From Planctomycetota bacterium (lineage in GTDB: Bacteria; Planctomycetota; PUPC01; JACPCR01): a stretch of 64,000 bases of DNA. Where the stretch lies: assembly GCA_016179685.1 (NCBI GenBank), contig JACPCR010000051.1:137965-201964 (forward strand), read 5' to 3'. Shown piece by piece: positions 37,892 to 48,664 of this stretch. A program made the translations under genes and the position numbers. Position 1 is the stretch's first letter, and the number at the start of each line of letters is the position of its first letter. Under the pieces are notes generated by a model. That model was not told the DNA's origin and did no database searches. It saw only the letters and a list, made by a program, of their open reading frames with translations.

Positions 37892-38098
37892 GAAAGACTC
37901 CGGGCTGGGCCGCGGATACCCTTGGGAAAGGGCGGGGACCGTGATGAGAGACCGGAGGTATTTCTTGATCCAGAGCGACTAAATAAAATCCTGCACCGGA
38001 TGTTCGTTTCGGTCCCAGCCTGTAACTTCTAAGCCTTACCTCCCCAGGATTTTTTGTTGCAGCATCCTTACTGCGGCTCTGCCGCATGAAGAGCGTAC

Positions 38099-41000
38099 AT
38101 GTCCTGGCGTCGCATCCTCGCTCCGGCGGTCCTCGCCTCAAGCCTATCGATCCTATCCCTTTACGCGGAAGACCTTTACGAGGAGGGCATCCGGCACGCT
38201 GCCTTCGCCGAATACCGGCAGGCCCGGGAAAAGTTCCAGGAATTCATCGAAAAGAATCCGGGCGACCCGCGCGTCACGGACGCACGATTCCGGCTGGCGG
38301 ACCAGTTCCTCGCCCTCGGAAGCATCCTCGAAGCCGCCACGGTCTACGAAACCATCCTCGCAGGCCAGCCGCCGGAGGAGGTCGAGGTCCGGGCGCGGCT
38401 TCAAATCGCGCGGTGTCTCGAGGCCCGTGGCGAGTTTCTCCGGGCCATGGCCAAGTACAAAGAATACCTCCGCCGCTACCGCGACTCGAAAGATGTCCAT
38501 GAGACCTGGTTCTACGTCGCCCGGCTCTACCGGCACACGCTGGGCCTGTACGCGGATGCGGAGCGGGAACTGCTCATGTTGCTCGCCCACTCGGCGGGCC
38601 ACCCGAAGAACGCCCCCGTCCTCTGGGAGCTGGCGGAGCTTTACCGGCATCATCTGAAGAATCTCCGCCGGGCCCAGGAGGTGTACGCCGAGCTTTACAC
38701 CCAGTTTCCCAGAGATGCCCTGGCGGCCCAGGCCATGGTCCAGTCCGCCTACCTCCTCGAAGAAGGCGGCATCCAGGACTGGTCCCGAGCCGTGCTGGAA
38801 TACCGCAAGTACTTCGAGGCCTATCCCCAGGCGGAGGACCTTCCGGACCGGTTGGCCCGGGTGGCCTGGATTTACCGGGACCGGCTGAATCAGTTCCAGA
38901 ATGCCATCGATGCCTACGACAAGGCCCTGGCGGCGAGGCCGGGCCCCGCCCTGCTCTGGGAACGGGCCGTCGCCGTGCAGCGAACGGGCAAGCCGGAGGC
39001 GCTGGTGCCCGCCTACCAGCTCATTCTGGACCGGTATCCCGAATCACGGGAGGCGCTCCAGGCGTCGCTCGGATTGGCCCGTCAGCTCTGGGACCTGGGA
39101 AAGCGGGATGAATCCATCCAGAGCATGGAGGCCATGCTCCAGAAATGGCCCGGCGACGTGAACGTCTGGTGGGAGTTCTCGCACCGGCTTCGCGAGCACA
39201 AGCGATGGGACCGTTCCGTGGAGGTCTATGACCTCATCCTGAAGACGTGGCCCAACTGGAATCCGGGCGATGTCTTCGTTTACAAGAGTTGGTCTTATTT
39301 GAACCGGCACGATGGCGCGAGGGCCCGGCAGGCGGAGGCGGAGAAGGAGGGAAAGGCGGACGCGGCAGCCGAGGCGAAGGCGGAGGCGGAGAAGGCCCTC
39401 GAGGGGGCGGCCGAGGCCTTGAGGCCCCTCTGGACGCTCTGGAAGGGTCATGCGGACCCGCAGGTCAAGGCTCTCTGGCATCTCGGCTACGAAATCCATT
39501 ACAGCCGGGCGCGAAGATACCCGGAAGCCATCGCGATCCTCGAGCAGCTCATCCGGAGCTGGCCGGACTACGGGCACTGGCCCAACAAGGACCATGCCCT
39601 CCGGTGGCTGTGCGAGAGCCAGGTTGCGCACTCGCAGTCGCTGGACGCTGCCGCGGCTTTCCTGCGCGACGCCCTCGCCCGAAACCGCTATTCGGAAAAT
39701 TTAAGAAATGGGATCGCGGAGGTCATGCGCAGATACAACGAGCGCAAGGAATTTCAAAAAGCAATCGATCTCTCTCCGGCTGTGCTCAGCGTCCCTCAGA
39801 CGGGCTACGGCGAGGCCTGGACGCTCTACTATCTGGCCGAGGCCTACGGGGGCCTCGCCGCGTCCGCGGGGCCCCAGTCGTCCCAGCTCCAGCAAAAACA
39901 ACTCGAGGCCTATGCACGGCTGGACGCGGTCCGGCGGGACGGAAACATGGGGGGCATCCACGGCGTCATCGACCAGCGACGGCAGGACACCATCCAGCCG
40001 CTGCTGCGCGCTCAATCCCTGGTGATCGAGCCGGTGGCCGAGATGCGGTTCAAACAGGACCCGGAGGGTGACGAGGACAAGGCCTGGGCCGTGGCGGCGC
40101 TCGATGAGACCTGGAAGCCTTCAAGGCTGGGCCAGGACTGGGGCAACTTCGACGGCTTCGGCTGGTTTGCCCTGGACGTCGCCGCCACGGGCAGCCGAGA
40201 GGAATACCGGGTCACGTTCTCCAACGTGGATGACGAGATGTGGCTCTTCGTGGACGGCCGACCCGCAGGCCACCACGCCGGGGCGGGCCAGCCCTTCACC
40301 CTCTCGTTCGATCCGGAAAAAATCGACGGTCACTTCCGCTTGGCCGTCAAGGTCCGCGACGCGGGGGGACCCGGCGGCATCCTCGGCCCGATGACCCTGG
40401 AGAAGCCCCGAATGTTCGGCGAGCAGGAGGCTTTGAACATCGCCCTCGCCCGACACGCCCTGGGACGTGACGCCGACGCCCTCATGGACTACCAGGAATG
40501 GATTCAGAACCTTCCCAAGGAAAGCGAAAAACGCGACCGGGTCATCCCGTTCCAGAACTGGATTTACGCCGCTCAGAACAACCTGGAACGACTCGCCGCC
40601 AACCCCCCGGTCAAGCCTTCCGCCGAGTACCTCGTCCTGCTCGGCCTGGTTCAGGAACGGCAGGGCCGACACGATCAGGCGGAGATGTCCCTCAAAAAGG
40701 CGATCCAGGTGGACGAGCTGGACCGGAACAGTTATCTCGCCCTGGCGCGCTTCTACGAGCGCCGGAACAACTGGAAAGAGGCGCACGACACCTACCTGCG
40801 GCTCATGGATGTGATGAGGGGTGCGCCGGACGAAGGCCACTTCAAGGCCTACCTGGTCTCGCTGACGAACGACCGCTGGGGCAACCGGGGTCGGGCCCGG
40901 GAGTTGATCGCCAAGTACGTGCAGGAATACCCGGACAGCCCCGCCTGGAATCGCCTCTATGCGGACCACCTCTACGATTACGACCCCCGGGACGCCCAGA

Positions 41001-44000
41001 CGAACGCCACCGCCATCACGCATTACCAGAAATGGTATCTGATGAATGACGGGCTGGACCCCTGGCACGCGGGATACCGCCTCTGGGACCTTCTGGTGCG
41101 GACGGGCAATCTTCCGGCCGCTCAGGGCTTCTGCCAGATTTGGCTCAACAAGTTCGAGAACCATCCGCAGAAGCCGGACATGCTGTACCGGCTGGCGGAG
41201 ACGCGGCGGCTTCTGGGCCAGCAGAACGAGGCGGAGCGCGTGCAGGCTCTGGCCACGTTCCAGCAGCTCCAGAGGGATTTCCCGGCTTCGGGAGGCACGA
41301 TCAACGCCATCCAGAACGTCATCGGCAACTACCCCATCGCCGACGCGCTCGAGATGGTGAACCAGTGGGAGAAGGACAATCCGCGCCACGACGCCACGGC
41401 GGTCTTCCTCTGGCCCCTCGGATACCGCATGGAATCGGACAAGGAGTACGGGGTCGAGAAGGCCATGGACCTTTACCGCCGCGTCTGGAACGACTACCGC
41501 TCGAAATGGGCGGAGAATCTCTATGCCTTCGACCGCCTCGGCAACCACCTCTGGTCCCAGAAGAAGTACGCCGAGGCCACGGCCCTCTATGGCCAGGTCA
41601 TGAACCATTTCGGCGGCAACGGGCACGGTCAGATCGTCACCGCCTGGCATCGGTTCGCCCAGCAGTATGGGAGCGAGGTGTTCTTCCAGACCGAGGTGGA
41701 TTCGACGCATCCGCAATTTGACAAGGCCCGGCTGACCGACGGGCAGACGAACGGCAACCAGGGCCATCCGAGCTGGACCTGGTGTTCCGCGGACACGGCC
41801 GAGGACCACTGGGTGGACTGCCTCCTGCCAGCTCCCGAAGAACTGAGGATGGTCCAGGTCTGGTGGGGGCACGAAGGACAGCTCCCGCGGCAAGTCAAGC
41901 TGCAGGTCCGGGAGGGTGAACGTTACCTCGATGCCCCGGGCCACGAGGCCTTCCAGTCGCCCGGGTCGCCGCTCACGACCTGGATGCTGCCGCGGGTGAA
42001 GGCGGACCGGCTGCGCCTGCTGCTGAAGGCCGGCGGGGGCCCCGAGGCCAGACCCGGCATCCTCCAAGTGGCCGAAATCCGTATCTCCCGGCACGTCAGA
42101 GACGACCTCTGGACGCCCCTCGAGGCGCATTACCGCCGCATGATGTCCGCCTATGCCCATACCGGCGAGCACTGGAACGCTGGCCTCGCCCTCTCCCAGG
42201 CGTGCGCCGGGCGCGAAGAATTCCTCCAGGCCGATATCGAGCTCCAGAAGCTCCTCTATGCCCTGCCGGTCAACCACGCCTGGTTCTGGGACGCCGCCGT
42301 CCAGGAAGCCAAGGCGCGGATGGACCGTCAGCGCTACGGCGAGGCCGCAGCCGTCTTCCGGACGCTGCTCAACCGTCACCGGGGCATCGATTCGACCCGC
42401 CGCATGGATGCCGAACGCTTGATGGGCCAGTGCCTGAGCAAGTCGGGTGAAGATTACGCGGCCATTGATCCCAACCTCCCCGAATCGGGCCTCCTCTGGG
42501 GCAACGTCTTCGCCCGGAACGGCGAGGAGGACCTCGCCTGGGACCGGTTCGAGCAGAACCGGTCCCTCTTTCCCGAGCACCAGCACAAGCTGTCCTTCGA
42601 ATACATCGGCCTGATCGCCCGCCGGCTGCTGGCCCGCAAGGAGACGGCCGCCGCCATCGACGTCTGCAAACAGTTCCTGATCAAGCGCAAGGACGACCGG
42701 CAGGTCACGGACTCCGAGCGCGCCCAGATTCAGCTCCTCATCGGCGACGCCCATTACCGGGACGAACGCTACGAGATCGCCCGCGAGGAATACAACACCG
42801 TCCTCACGCTCCCCGAGTACCGCCACCTGCCCGAGGCGGTCGAGGCCCGGTTCAAGGTCGCCACCACCCTCATGTCGCAGAAAATCTTCGGCAAGGCCGA
42901 AGAAATCTTCAACGAGTTGACGAGAAACCCGAACGAGGATACGAACGCCCGGGCGCACCTCATGCTCGGCATCCTCTATCACGCCCAGGATGAGCGCAAG
43001 AAGGCCGAAGAGAAGTTCAAGGAGGTGCTGGCGCTGGCCCCGCGAAGCGAGACCGCTGACGAGATCATCTACCGGCTCGGCATCGTCTACCAGGAGGGCA
43101 AGAAGTACAAGGAGGCGCTGGACGCCCTGCGCCTCATCGGCGCCTGGTCCGGCGACAGCAAGAAGGTGGTCGAGCCCGGCCGCATGCTGCGGGTCCGCTT
43201 GAGCGACCGCGACCTGACCATCGCCCGCGGGGCCACTGAAGTCCCCGTCCTCGTCACCACCTCCGCCGGCGATCGCGAGCGCGTCCTGCTCGAAAAGTCC
43301 GAGGTCGGCCGCGGCCTCTTCGTCGCCGAGGTCGAAACCGTCCTCGGCACCCCCACCCCGGACGACCGCAAGCTCCAGGTCATGGGACGGGACACGATCA
43401 CCTACCGGTACGATCCCCAGTGGGCGAAAGATTTCAAGATTCTGGACCAGGACGCGCCTCCGCCGGTCATCACCATCGCCGCGGACGCGACCCTCAAGAT
43501 TTCGCCGACGGAGATCAAGGAGGAGGAGGAGACGAAGATCAGCCCTGACCTTTTTGTCGGCGAGGAGCCGAAGCGCAGGGGTTACCGCCTCTTCCGCGAT
43601 GAGAAGCAGATCAAGCCGGGAAACAACGTCTACATCCGGGTGCTGGACGGTGACCAGGACGTTTCGGACCAGGCGGACCGGGTGGAATGCACGGCGGAGG
43701 CGTCGAGCGGGGACACGGTGATCTTCCCGCTGATGGAGACGGGGCCGCACACGGGCATTTTCAAGGGGGCGCTGGCGACGGGTGCGCGGCCGCCCGACGC
43801 CCTCGCCTCGGACTCCACCGAGGGCCGCGAGGCCTGGTACGCCATCGATGGCGACGCGAGCGCCCGGTCCTCCTGGGTCGGCACGCTCGATGCCCGGGCC
43901 CCCAAGTGGATTCGGATCGACCTCAAGGAGGTCTACCGCCTCTCCCGTTTCGAATGGAACGTGGGCGTCGGCATCGATCCGAAGGAGGACCGCGCCCCCA

Positions 44001-46987
44001 TCCGCTACGTGATCGAGGGCTCACGGGACAAGCTGACGTGGTTTCCCATCGCCGAGGAGCCGCCGAAGCAAGGACTCCGCATCCGCGGCGCCGTGGGAAT
44101 CTGGGACCCCGATGGCCTCCGTCACCTGGGAACCACCCCGGAGGCCATGCTCGAAGGCGACGACAATACCACTTCCCGATGGGTCGGCAAGGATAACCAG
44201 GCCGAATGGGTCATCGACGTCGACCTCGGACAGATCACCGAGGTCCTGCAGACCGTCCTCCGCAACCACGATCAACAATACGAGGTGAAACAGTACGCCT
44301 TGTACACGGAGAAGGAAATAGGAAAGTATCCGGGCCAGGATCGGGGCCTGGACCGCTGGGTCATGGCTTACCGTTCCCCTGTCTTCGACCAGCCGCGGGC
44401 GGACACGGTGGACTTCACCGTGCCGGCGCAGCCCAAGCCGGACCAGCGATCACAGCCCCTGAAAAGCCGCTACCTGCGGCTCGTCATCTCCCAGGCCTTC
44501 CAGTCCCACCCGGAGATCGGCGAGCTCGAGATCACGCCGCGGCTCGACTTCCAGATGGAAAAAAGCAACGAGGGGATCGGCGCATCCTTCCGCTTCAGCG
44601 GCGTCGAAGCGCGCTTCGTCCGCATGACGGTCCACGAGTTTCATAACGACGCGCCTGCCATCGCTTCGATCACCATCAATGACCATGAGGGCAGACGCCT
44701 CGTCCCCACCGGGCAGAACCTCCGCGAGCTCGCCGCCAATACGGTCCTCGAACTGACCCCCGGCGACGAGATCACGGTCTCCTACCGCGACGAGAAAAAC
44801 ATCCATCCCGGCGAGCCCAAGATTTACCGGGAATCCCTTTCTGCCACCTTCTTCAATGGGCTGGTGCGGCCCATCGTCCACGAGTGGATCGAAGACGAGC
44901 AGGGCAACCGCCACATGCGGGACCACATGGTGCGGCGCATCCGGCCCGGTGACCGGTTCATCGTCCAGCTCATTGACTACGACGAGGACAAGACCGACGG
45001 GATCGACAAGCTTTCCTTCACGGTGACGTCGAGCACGGGGCAGACGAAGGAATTCGAGGCCCGGGAGACCGACCCTTACAGCGGGGTGTTCACCAAGGAA
45101 GTGGACACTTCGCCCGAGGAGAAGAGCGGGGCCGTGACGGTGGGCGAGGGCCAGTCCCTGACACTGTCCTACGTGGACGTGGACAATACGGACCCGGGCA
45201 ATCGGACGCCGCGCACGTCGAGCCTGGACGTGGCGGTCCCTACGCCCGGCAAGGTGCGCATCCTGCCCAATCTGCGGACGGACTACATGTCCCGTGAAAC
45301 GGCGGAGAGCGGCGACCGGCCTCAGAAGCTCGTAGCCGTGGAAAGGGACATGGAGGTGGAGGTGGTTGACCCTGATGCCGCGCTCCACAGCGGAAACACG
45401 GTCAAGGTCCGCCTGGCAACCACTTCCGGGACCGAGATCGACGTCGAATGCGCCATCCTGGGCGGGGGCCTGGCCTCCGGCGCCTTCTCGGGCTACCGCG
45501 AATATCACCGGGCCCTCGTCAATGCCCTGGACGTCGGGCTCTTCCGAGGCCGGATTCGCGTCGTCCTCGGCGATAAGAAGTCCCCCACCCAAAGGGTCCA
45601 AGCCACCAGCTTCGGCGAGCAGGAGTTCGAATTCAGCCGCGGCAAAAAAAAGAAGCTCGAAGGCCCCACCGTGGACGTCCTCAACGTCATGGGCGGAGAC
45701 ACCATCAACGCTCGTTACGCGGACGAACTCACCCCGGACAACCCGCTCCCCACGGACCGCTATGACTCCGCCCGGATACTTTCCGACGCCGAATTCGGCA
45801 TCTTCGACGACGAGTTCGAGAACCGGGTGGAATCCGTGCACGTGGGCGAAAAATTCTATCTCCAGGTGATCGATCCGGACATGGACCGGAGCGAGGAGCG
45901 GGACACGGTGATGGTGACGCTGCAAGCCACGTTTGACGAGGGGGCCGGGGACACGCTCGCACAGCCTCTCGTCGAGACGCTGTCGCACAGCGGCATCTTT
46001 ACCGCCAGCGTCCCCATTGTCTGCGCCGACTCGGCGACGCCCGCCAACGACTCCCTCGAGGCCAACTTCGGCAGCCGTATCCGGGCGGTCTATTTCGACA
46101 AGTACAACACCAAGTCCGGCGTCGATGCCGTGGAGCTCGACGCCGCCGTCGAGGTGGTCACCGGTACCGACGGCGAGATGATGGCCTTCAGTCGGCGGTT
46201 TCCCACCGACGACATGGCGACGGAGACCCAGTTCCGGATCGGCGAGTGCTACTATTACTTGGGCAAGGAGCACGTCGAGCTCAAGCAGTCCGACGCGGGA
46301 CTGAAGGAGCTTTCCGAAGGCCAGGAGATTCTCTCGGAGCTCCTGGTCCACCACCCGGATTCCGCGATGGTGGACCAGATCGGCTACCTCCTGGGCAACA
46401 TCGCGCAGGAGCAGAACAAGTGGGAGGACGCCATCCTGACCTACCGGAGGATCACCCGGGACTTTCCCGAGAGCATCGTGGCGCCCGACGCACAGTACAA
46501 AATCGCCATGTGCTATGAGAAGAAAGGGGATTTCGACCTGGCCTGCGAGGAATACGTGCGCCTGGCTTACAAGTACCCGGACAGCCCCCTCGTTTCCGAT
46601 TCCATGATTCGCATTGGACTTTATTACTTCAACAAGAAGAAATACGACGTGGCCCTCCAGGTCTTTCTCCGCTTCACCAGCAAGTTTCCCGAGCACGCGA
46701 GCGTCCAGAAGGTCGCTTTCAAGATCGGGCTCTGCTACATCCTCAGCGAGCAGTTCCTGCCGGGCGGAGAATATTTCAAGTCGTTCGTGGAAAAGTTTCC
46801 CGACAGCGACCTGAAGCCTGCGGCGCTCTACTGGGCGGGCGACAGCTTCCTGAAGGGAAACGATCCCCGCCACAGCTACCAGATGTTCAAGCGTTGCATC
46901 TGGGACTTCCCGGAAACCAAGTGGGCCAAGTACTCCCGCGGCCGCCTCACCGCTCCCGTCTTCGACCGCATCCAGGAAAACGAATAG
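38099..46987 (+). CDS. Giant exported TPR protein (2962 aa) with galactose-binding-like/discoidin domains, Ig-like repeats and BamD/CpoB-like C-terminal TPRs
   Basis: Signal peptide, many TPRs (ARFRLAD, AQYKIAMCY, ALYWAGDS), FDGFGWF..VDDE..FVDG sugar-binding-like domain, F5/8C motifs (AIDGD..W..WIRIDL, ARFVRM), ETxxxSGxF repeats. Confidence 0.9.
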   Translation: MSWRRILAPAVLASSLSILSLYAEDLYEEGIRHAAFAEYRQAREKFQEFIEKNPGDPRVTDARFRLADQFLALGSILEAATVYETILAGQPPEEVEVRARLQIARCLEARGEFLRAMAKYKEYLRRYRDSKDVHETWFYVARLYRHTLGLYADAERELLMLLAHSAGHPKNAPVLWELAELYRHHLKNLRRAQEVYAELYTQFPRDALAAQAMVQSAYLLEEGGIQDWSRAVLEYRKYFEAYPQAEDLPDRLARVAWIYRDRLNQFQNAIDAYDKALAARPGPALLWERAVAVQRTGKPEALVPAYQLILDRYPESREALQASLGLARQLWDLGKRDESIQSMEAMLQKWPGDVNVWWEFSHRLREHKRWDRSVEVYDLILKTWPNWNPGDVFVYKSWSYLNRHDGARARQAEAEKEGKADAAAEAKAEAEKALEGAAEALRPLWTLWKGHADPQVKALWHLGYEIHYSRARRYPEAIAILEQLIRSWPDYGHWPNKDHALRWLCESQVAHSQSLDAAAAFLRDALARNRYSENLRNGIAEVMRRYNERKEFQKAIDLSPAVLSVPQTGYGEAWTLYYLAEAYGGLAASAGPQSSQLQQKQLEAYARLDAVRRDGNMGGIHGVIDQRRQDTIQPLLRAQSLVIEPVAEMRFKQDPEGDEDKAWAVAALDETWKPSRLGQDWGNFDGFGWFALDVAATGSREEYRVTFSNVDDEMWLFVDGRPAGHHAGAGQPFTLSFDPEKIDGHFRLAVKVRDAGGPGGILGPMTLEKPRMFGEQEALNIALARHALGRDADALMDYQEWIQNLPKESEKRDRVIPFQNWIYAAQNNLERLAANPPVKPSAEYLVLLGLVQERQGRHDQAEMSLKKAIQVDELDRNSYLALARFYERRNNWKEAHDTYLRLMDVMRGAPDEGHFKAYLVSLTNDRWGNRGRARELIAKYVQEYPDSPAWNRLYADHLYDYDPRDAQTNATAITHYQKWYLMNDGLDPWHAGYRLWDLLVRTGNLPAAQGFCQIWLNKFENHPQKPDMLYRLAETRRLLGQQNEAERVQALATFQQLQRDFPASGGTINAIQNVIGNYPIADALEMVNQWEKDNPRHDATAVFLWPLGYRMESDKEYGVEKAMDLYRRVWNDYRSKWAENLYAFDRLGNHLWSQKKYAEATALYGQVMNHFGGNGHGQIVTAWHRFAQQYGSEVFFQTEVDSTHPQFDKARLTDGQTNGNQGHPSWTWCSADTAEDHWVDCLLPAPEELRMVQVWWGHEGQLPRQVKLQVREGERYLDAPGHEAFQSPGSPLTTWMLPRVKADRLRLLLKAGGGPEARPGILQVAEIRISRHVRDDLWTPLEAHYRRMMSAYAHTGEHWNAGLALSQACAGREEFLQADIELQKLLYALPVNHAWFWDAAVQEAKARMDRQRYGEAAAVFRTLLNRHRGIDSTRRMDAERLMGQCLSKSGEDYAAIDPNLPESGLLWGNVFARNGEEDLAWDRFEQNRSLFPEHQHKLSFEYIGLIARRLLARKETAAAIDVCKQFLIKRKDDRQVTDSERAQIQLLIGDAHYRDERYEIAREEYNTVLTLPEYRHLPEAVEARFKVATTLMSQKIFGKAEEIFNELTRNPNEDTNARAHLMLGILYHAQDERKKAEEKFKEVLALAPRSETADEIIYRLGIVYQEGKKYKEALDALRLIGAWSGDSKKVVEPGRMLRVRLSDRDLTIARGATEVPVLVTTSAGDRERVLLEKSEVGRGLFVAEVETVLGTPTPDDRKLQVMGRDTITYRYDPQWAKDFKILDQDAPPPVITIAADATLKISPTEIKEEEETKISPDLFVGEEPKRRGYRLFRDEKQIKPGNNVYIRVLDGDQDVSDQADRVECTAEASSGDTVIFPLMETGPHTGIFKGALATGARPPDALASDSTEGREAWYAIDGDASARSSWVGTLDARAPKWIRIDLKEVYRLSRFEWNVGVGIDPKEDRAPIRYVIEGSRDKLTWFPIAEEPPKQGLRIRGAVGIWDPDGLRHLGTTPEAMLEGDDNTTSRWVGKDNQAEWVIDVDLGQITEVLQTVLRNHDQQYEVKQYALYTEKEIGKYPGQDRGLDRWVMAYRSPVFDQPRADTVDFTVPAQPKPDQRSQPLKSRYLRLVISQAFQSHPEIGELEITPRLDFQMEKSNEGIGASFRFSGVEARFVRMTVHEFHNDAPAIASITINDHEGRRLVPTGQNLRELAANTVLELTPGDEITVSYRDEKNIHPGEPKIYRESLSATFFNGLVRPIVHEWIEDEQGNRHMRDHMVRRIRPGDRFIVQLIDYDEDKTDGIDKLSFTVTSSTGQTKEFEARETDPYSGVFTKEVDTSPEEKSGAVTVGEGQSLTLSYVDVDNTDPGNRTPRTSSLDVAVPTPGKVRILPNLRTDYMSRETAESGDRPQKLVAVERDMEVEVVDPDAALHSGNTVKVRLATTSGTEIDVECAILGGGLASGAFSGYREYHRALVNALDVGLFRGRIRVVLGDKKSPTQRVQATSFGEQEFEFSRGKKKKLEGPTVDVLNVMGGDTINARYADELTPDNPLPTDRYDSARILSDAEFGIFDDEFENRVESVHVGEKFYLQVIDPDMDRSEERDTVMVTLQATFDEGAGDTLAQPLVETLSHSGIFTASVPIVCADSATPANDSLEANFGSRIRAVYFDKYNTKSGVDAVELDAAVEVVTGTDGEMMAFSRRFPTDDMATETQFRIGECYYYLGKEHVELKQSDAGLKELSEGQEILSELLVHHPDSAMVDQIGYLLGNIAQEQNKWEDAILTYRRITRDFPESIVAPDAQYKIAMCYEKKGDFDLACEEYVRLAYKYPDSPLVSDSMIRIGLYYFNKKKYDVALQVFLRFTSKFPEHASVQKVAFKIGLCYILSEQFLPGGEYFKSFVEKFPDSDLKPAALYWAGDSFLKGNDPRHSYQMFKRCIWDFPETKWAKYSRGRLTAPVFDRIQENE

Positions 46988-47204
46988 CACGACGAGGTTA
47001 GATTTTGGCGTAAGTCGTTGGAGTGGGCGCTTTAGTGCTTGGGAAGGGACAAGTAGCGGAAGCGGGATCCCCAAAGAAGGCCTGCCCCCGGAAGGAATCC
47101 CGTTGCGGTGAGGTTTTCTTGCCTCTGTATTCTCTGCGCCCTCCCCGTTGAGCTCCTCTGTCTCTGCGTCCCCTGCGGTGAGCCTCCCTGACCTCCGCGT
47201 CCCT

Positions 47205-48314
47205 TCACGACGCGTTCAGCGGCAGCTTGACCGGCTTCTTCGTCCGGTAACACTTCAGCGCCGCGAAGGCGATCTCGTGCGTATGCGCCGCATCCTCCAG
47301 GTTGCAGTGCGACTCCCGGTCCGCCAGGATGCAGTCCACGAAATGGTCCATCTGGCCCTGGAACGGGTGGTGCGTCACCTCGGCGCTGTCCGGCAGGACC
47401 GTCGGGATCGTCACCCAGCTTTTCTGGCCCGGATACTTGTGCGACCAGACGCGGTTGTCCTTGACCGTCCCGTGGCTGCCGAACACCTCGATGGGGAACG
47501 TGTACGGCATGATGCAGTCGAAATTGACGGACACCTTTCCGATCACCCCGTTGGTGAACTTCACGAGCGCCACCTCGAACCCGTCGTATTCCAGGGGCCC
47601 CTTGGCCTTCTTCCAGCGGTTGAGCGTGTAGTCGAATTCTTCATCTCGGCCTTTGCGGTATCCCCCGGAGTAGGCGAAGACCTCGGAGGGAATCGCCGCC
47701 TCGAAGCGGCCGCGCCCGGCGAACCATCGGACCGCGTCGATGGCGTGGCAGCCGCCGACCAGGAAGGCGCTGACGCCCGTGCTTTTCTTGCGCGTATCCT
47801 CGAAGCCGGACCACCAGCTCCCGATGTCGTGCTGATAATCCGCCTCCGTGGCATAAATTTCTCCCAGGGCGTTGTCCTCGATTAACGCCTTGACCGTCTC
47901 GAAGAGCGGATTCCAGCGCAGCACGAAGCTGACTACCGTCTTGACGCGGGCCTTGCGGACCGCGGACCGCATGGCCTGGATTTCTTTCAAGCTGTTGGCA
48001 ATCGGCTTCTCGATGACGATGTGCTTGCCCGCCTCCGCCGCGGCGATCGTATTCTCCGCGTGCACGTGCTGCGGCGTGCAGACGCATACGATGTCCACTC
48101 CCTCGTGCCTGAGCGCCCGACCGAGATCGTCATAGAGGCCGATGCCCTCGAGGCCCGCCTCATCCGCACGGCGTCTGGCACTCTCGAGCTTGCGGCTCGA
48201 AACCGCCACGACCTGCGTGTGGGGATTCTTCTGGAATGCCTTGATGTGCTGGGTGCTCACCCAACCCGCCCCGTGCACGAGCACGCCCATCTTTCGCTGG
48301 TCCTGGCCGGCCAT
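47205..48314 (-). CDS. Gfo/Idh/MocA oxidoreductase
   Basis: GAGWVS Rossmann, VCTPQHVH, AGKHIVIEKP, GGCHAID. Confidence 0.95.
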   Translation of the reverse strand: MAGQDQRKMGVLVHGAGWVSTQHIKAFQKNPHTQVVAVSSRKLESARRRADEAGLEGIGLYDDLGRALRHEGVDIVCVCTPQHVHAENTIAAAEAGKHIVIEKPIANSLKEIQAMRSAVRKARVKTVVSFVLRWNPLFETVKALIEDNALGEIYATEADYQHDIGSWWSGFEDTRKKSTGVSAFLVGGCHAIDAVRWFAGRGRFEAAIPSEVFAYSGGYRKGRDEEFDYTLNRWKKAKGPLEYDGFEVALVKFTNGVIGKVSVNFDCIMPYTFPIEVFGSHGTVKDNRVWSHKYPGQKSWVTIPTVLPDSAEVTHHPFQGQMDHFVDCILADRESHCNLEDAAHTHEIAFAALKCYRTKKPVKLPLNAS

Positions 48315-48664
48315 GAGAGTCCTCCTTTACTGGAACGCCGCAACTTCGTGTTTTCCATCTTGCAGCCGACATCGTAACAAATTTCCTGTGCTTTGTTTTT
48401 CCCATCCGCGGCTTTCCCTTTCAGTGGTTGGGTGAACCCGATGCTTGAGGCCAGGGAGTCAAGCACCGCGTGAGGGCTCTTCCCAGGCCCTGTGGCCGCG
48501 AATATACTGGCCATCCCATCCTCGTTATCCGAAATCTGAATTCCCATGTCGACACCTCCTGGCGTCGAAGCCGTCGACTCCGGCGGAATCTCCGCCGCAC
48601 CTCTTCGGGCCTACCTGGAGACGGACAACGTTCGCAGTGACGTCGTTTGCAAGCGAGAGGCCAG

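Noticed and set aside
47100-47200. ctctgcg/ctctgt-rich low-complexity stretch as an ncRNA
   Set aside because: It looks like a degenerate short intergenic repeat (similar patch near 26200-26235) with no stable distinctive structure.
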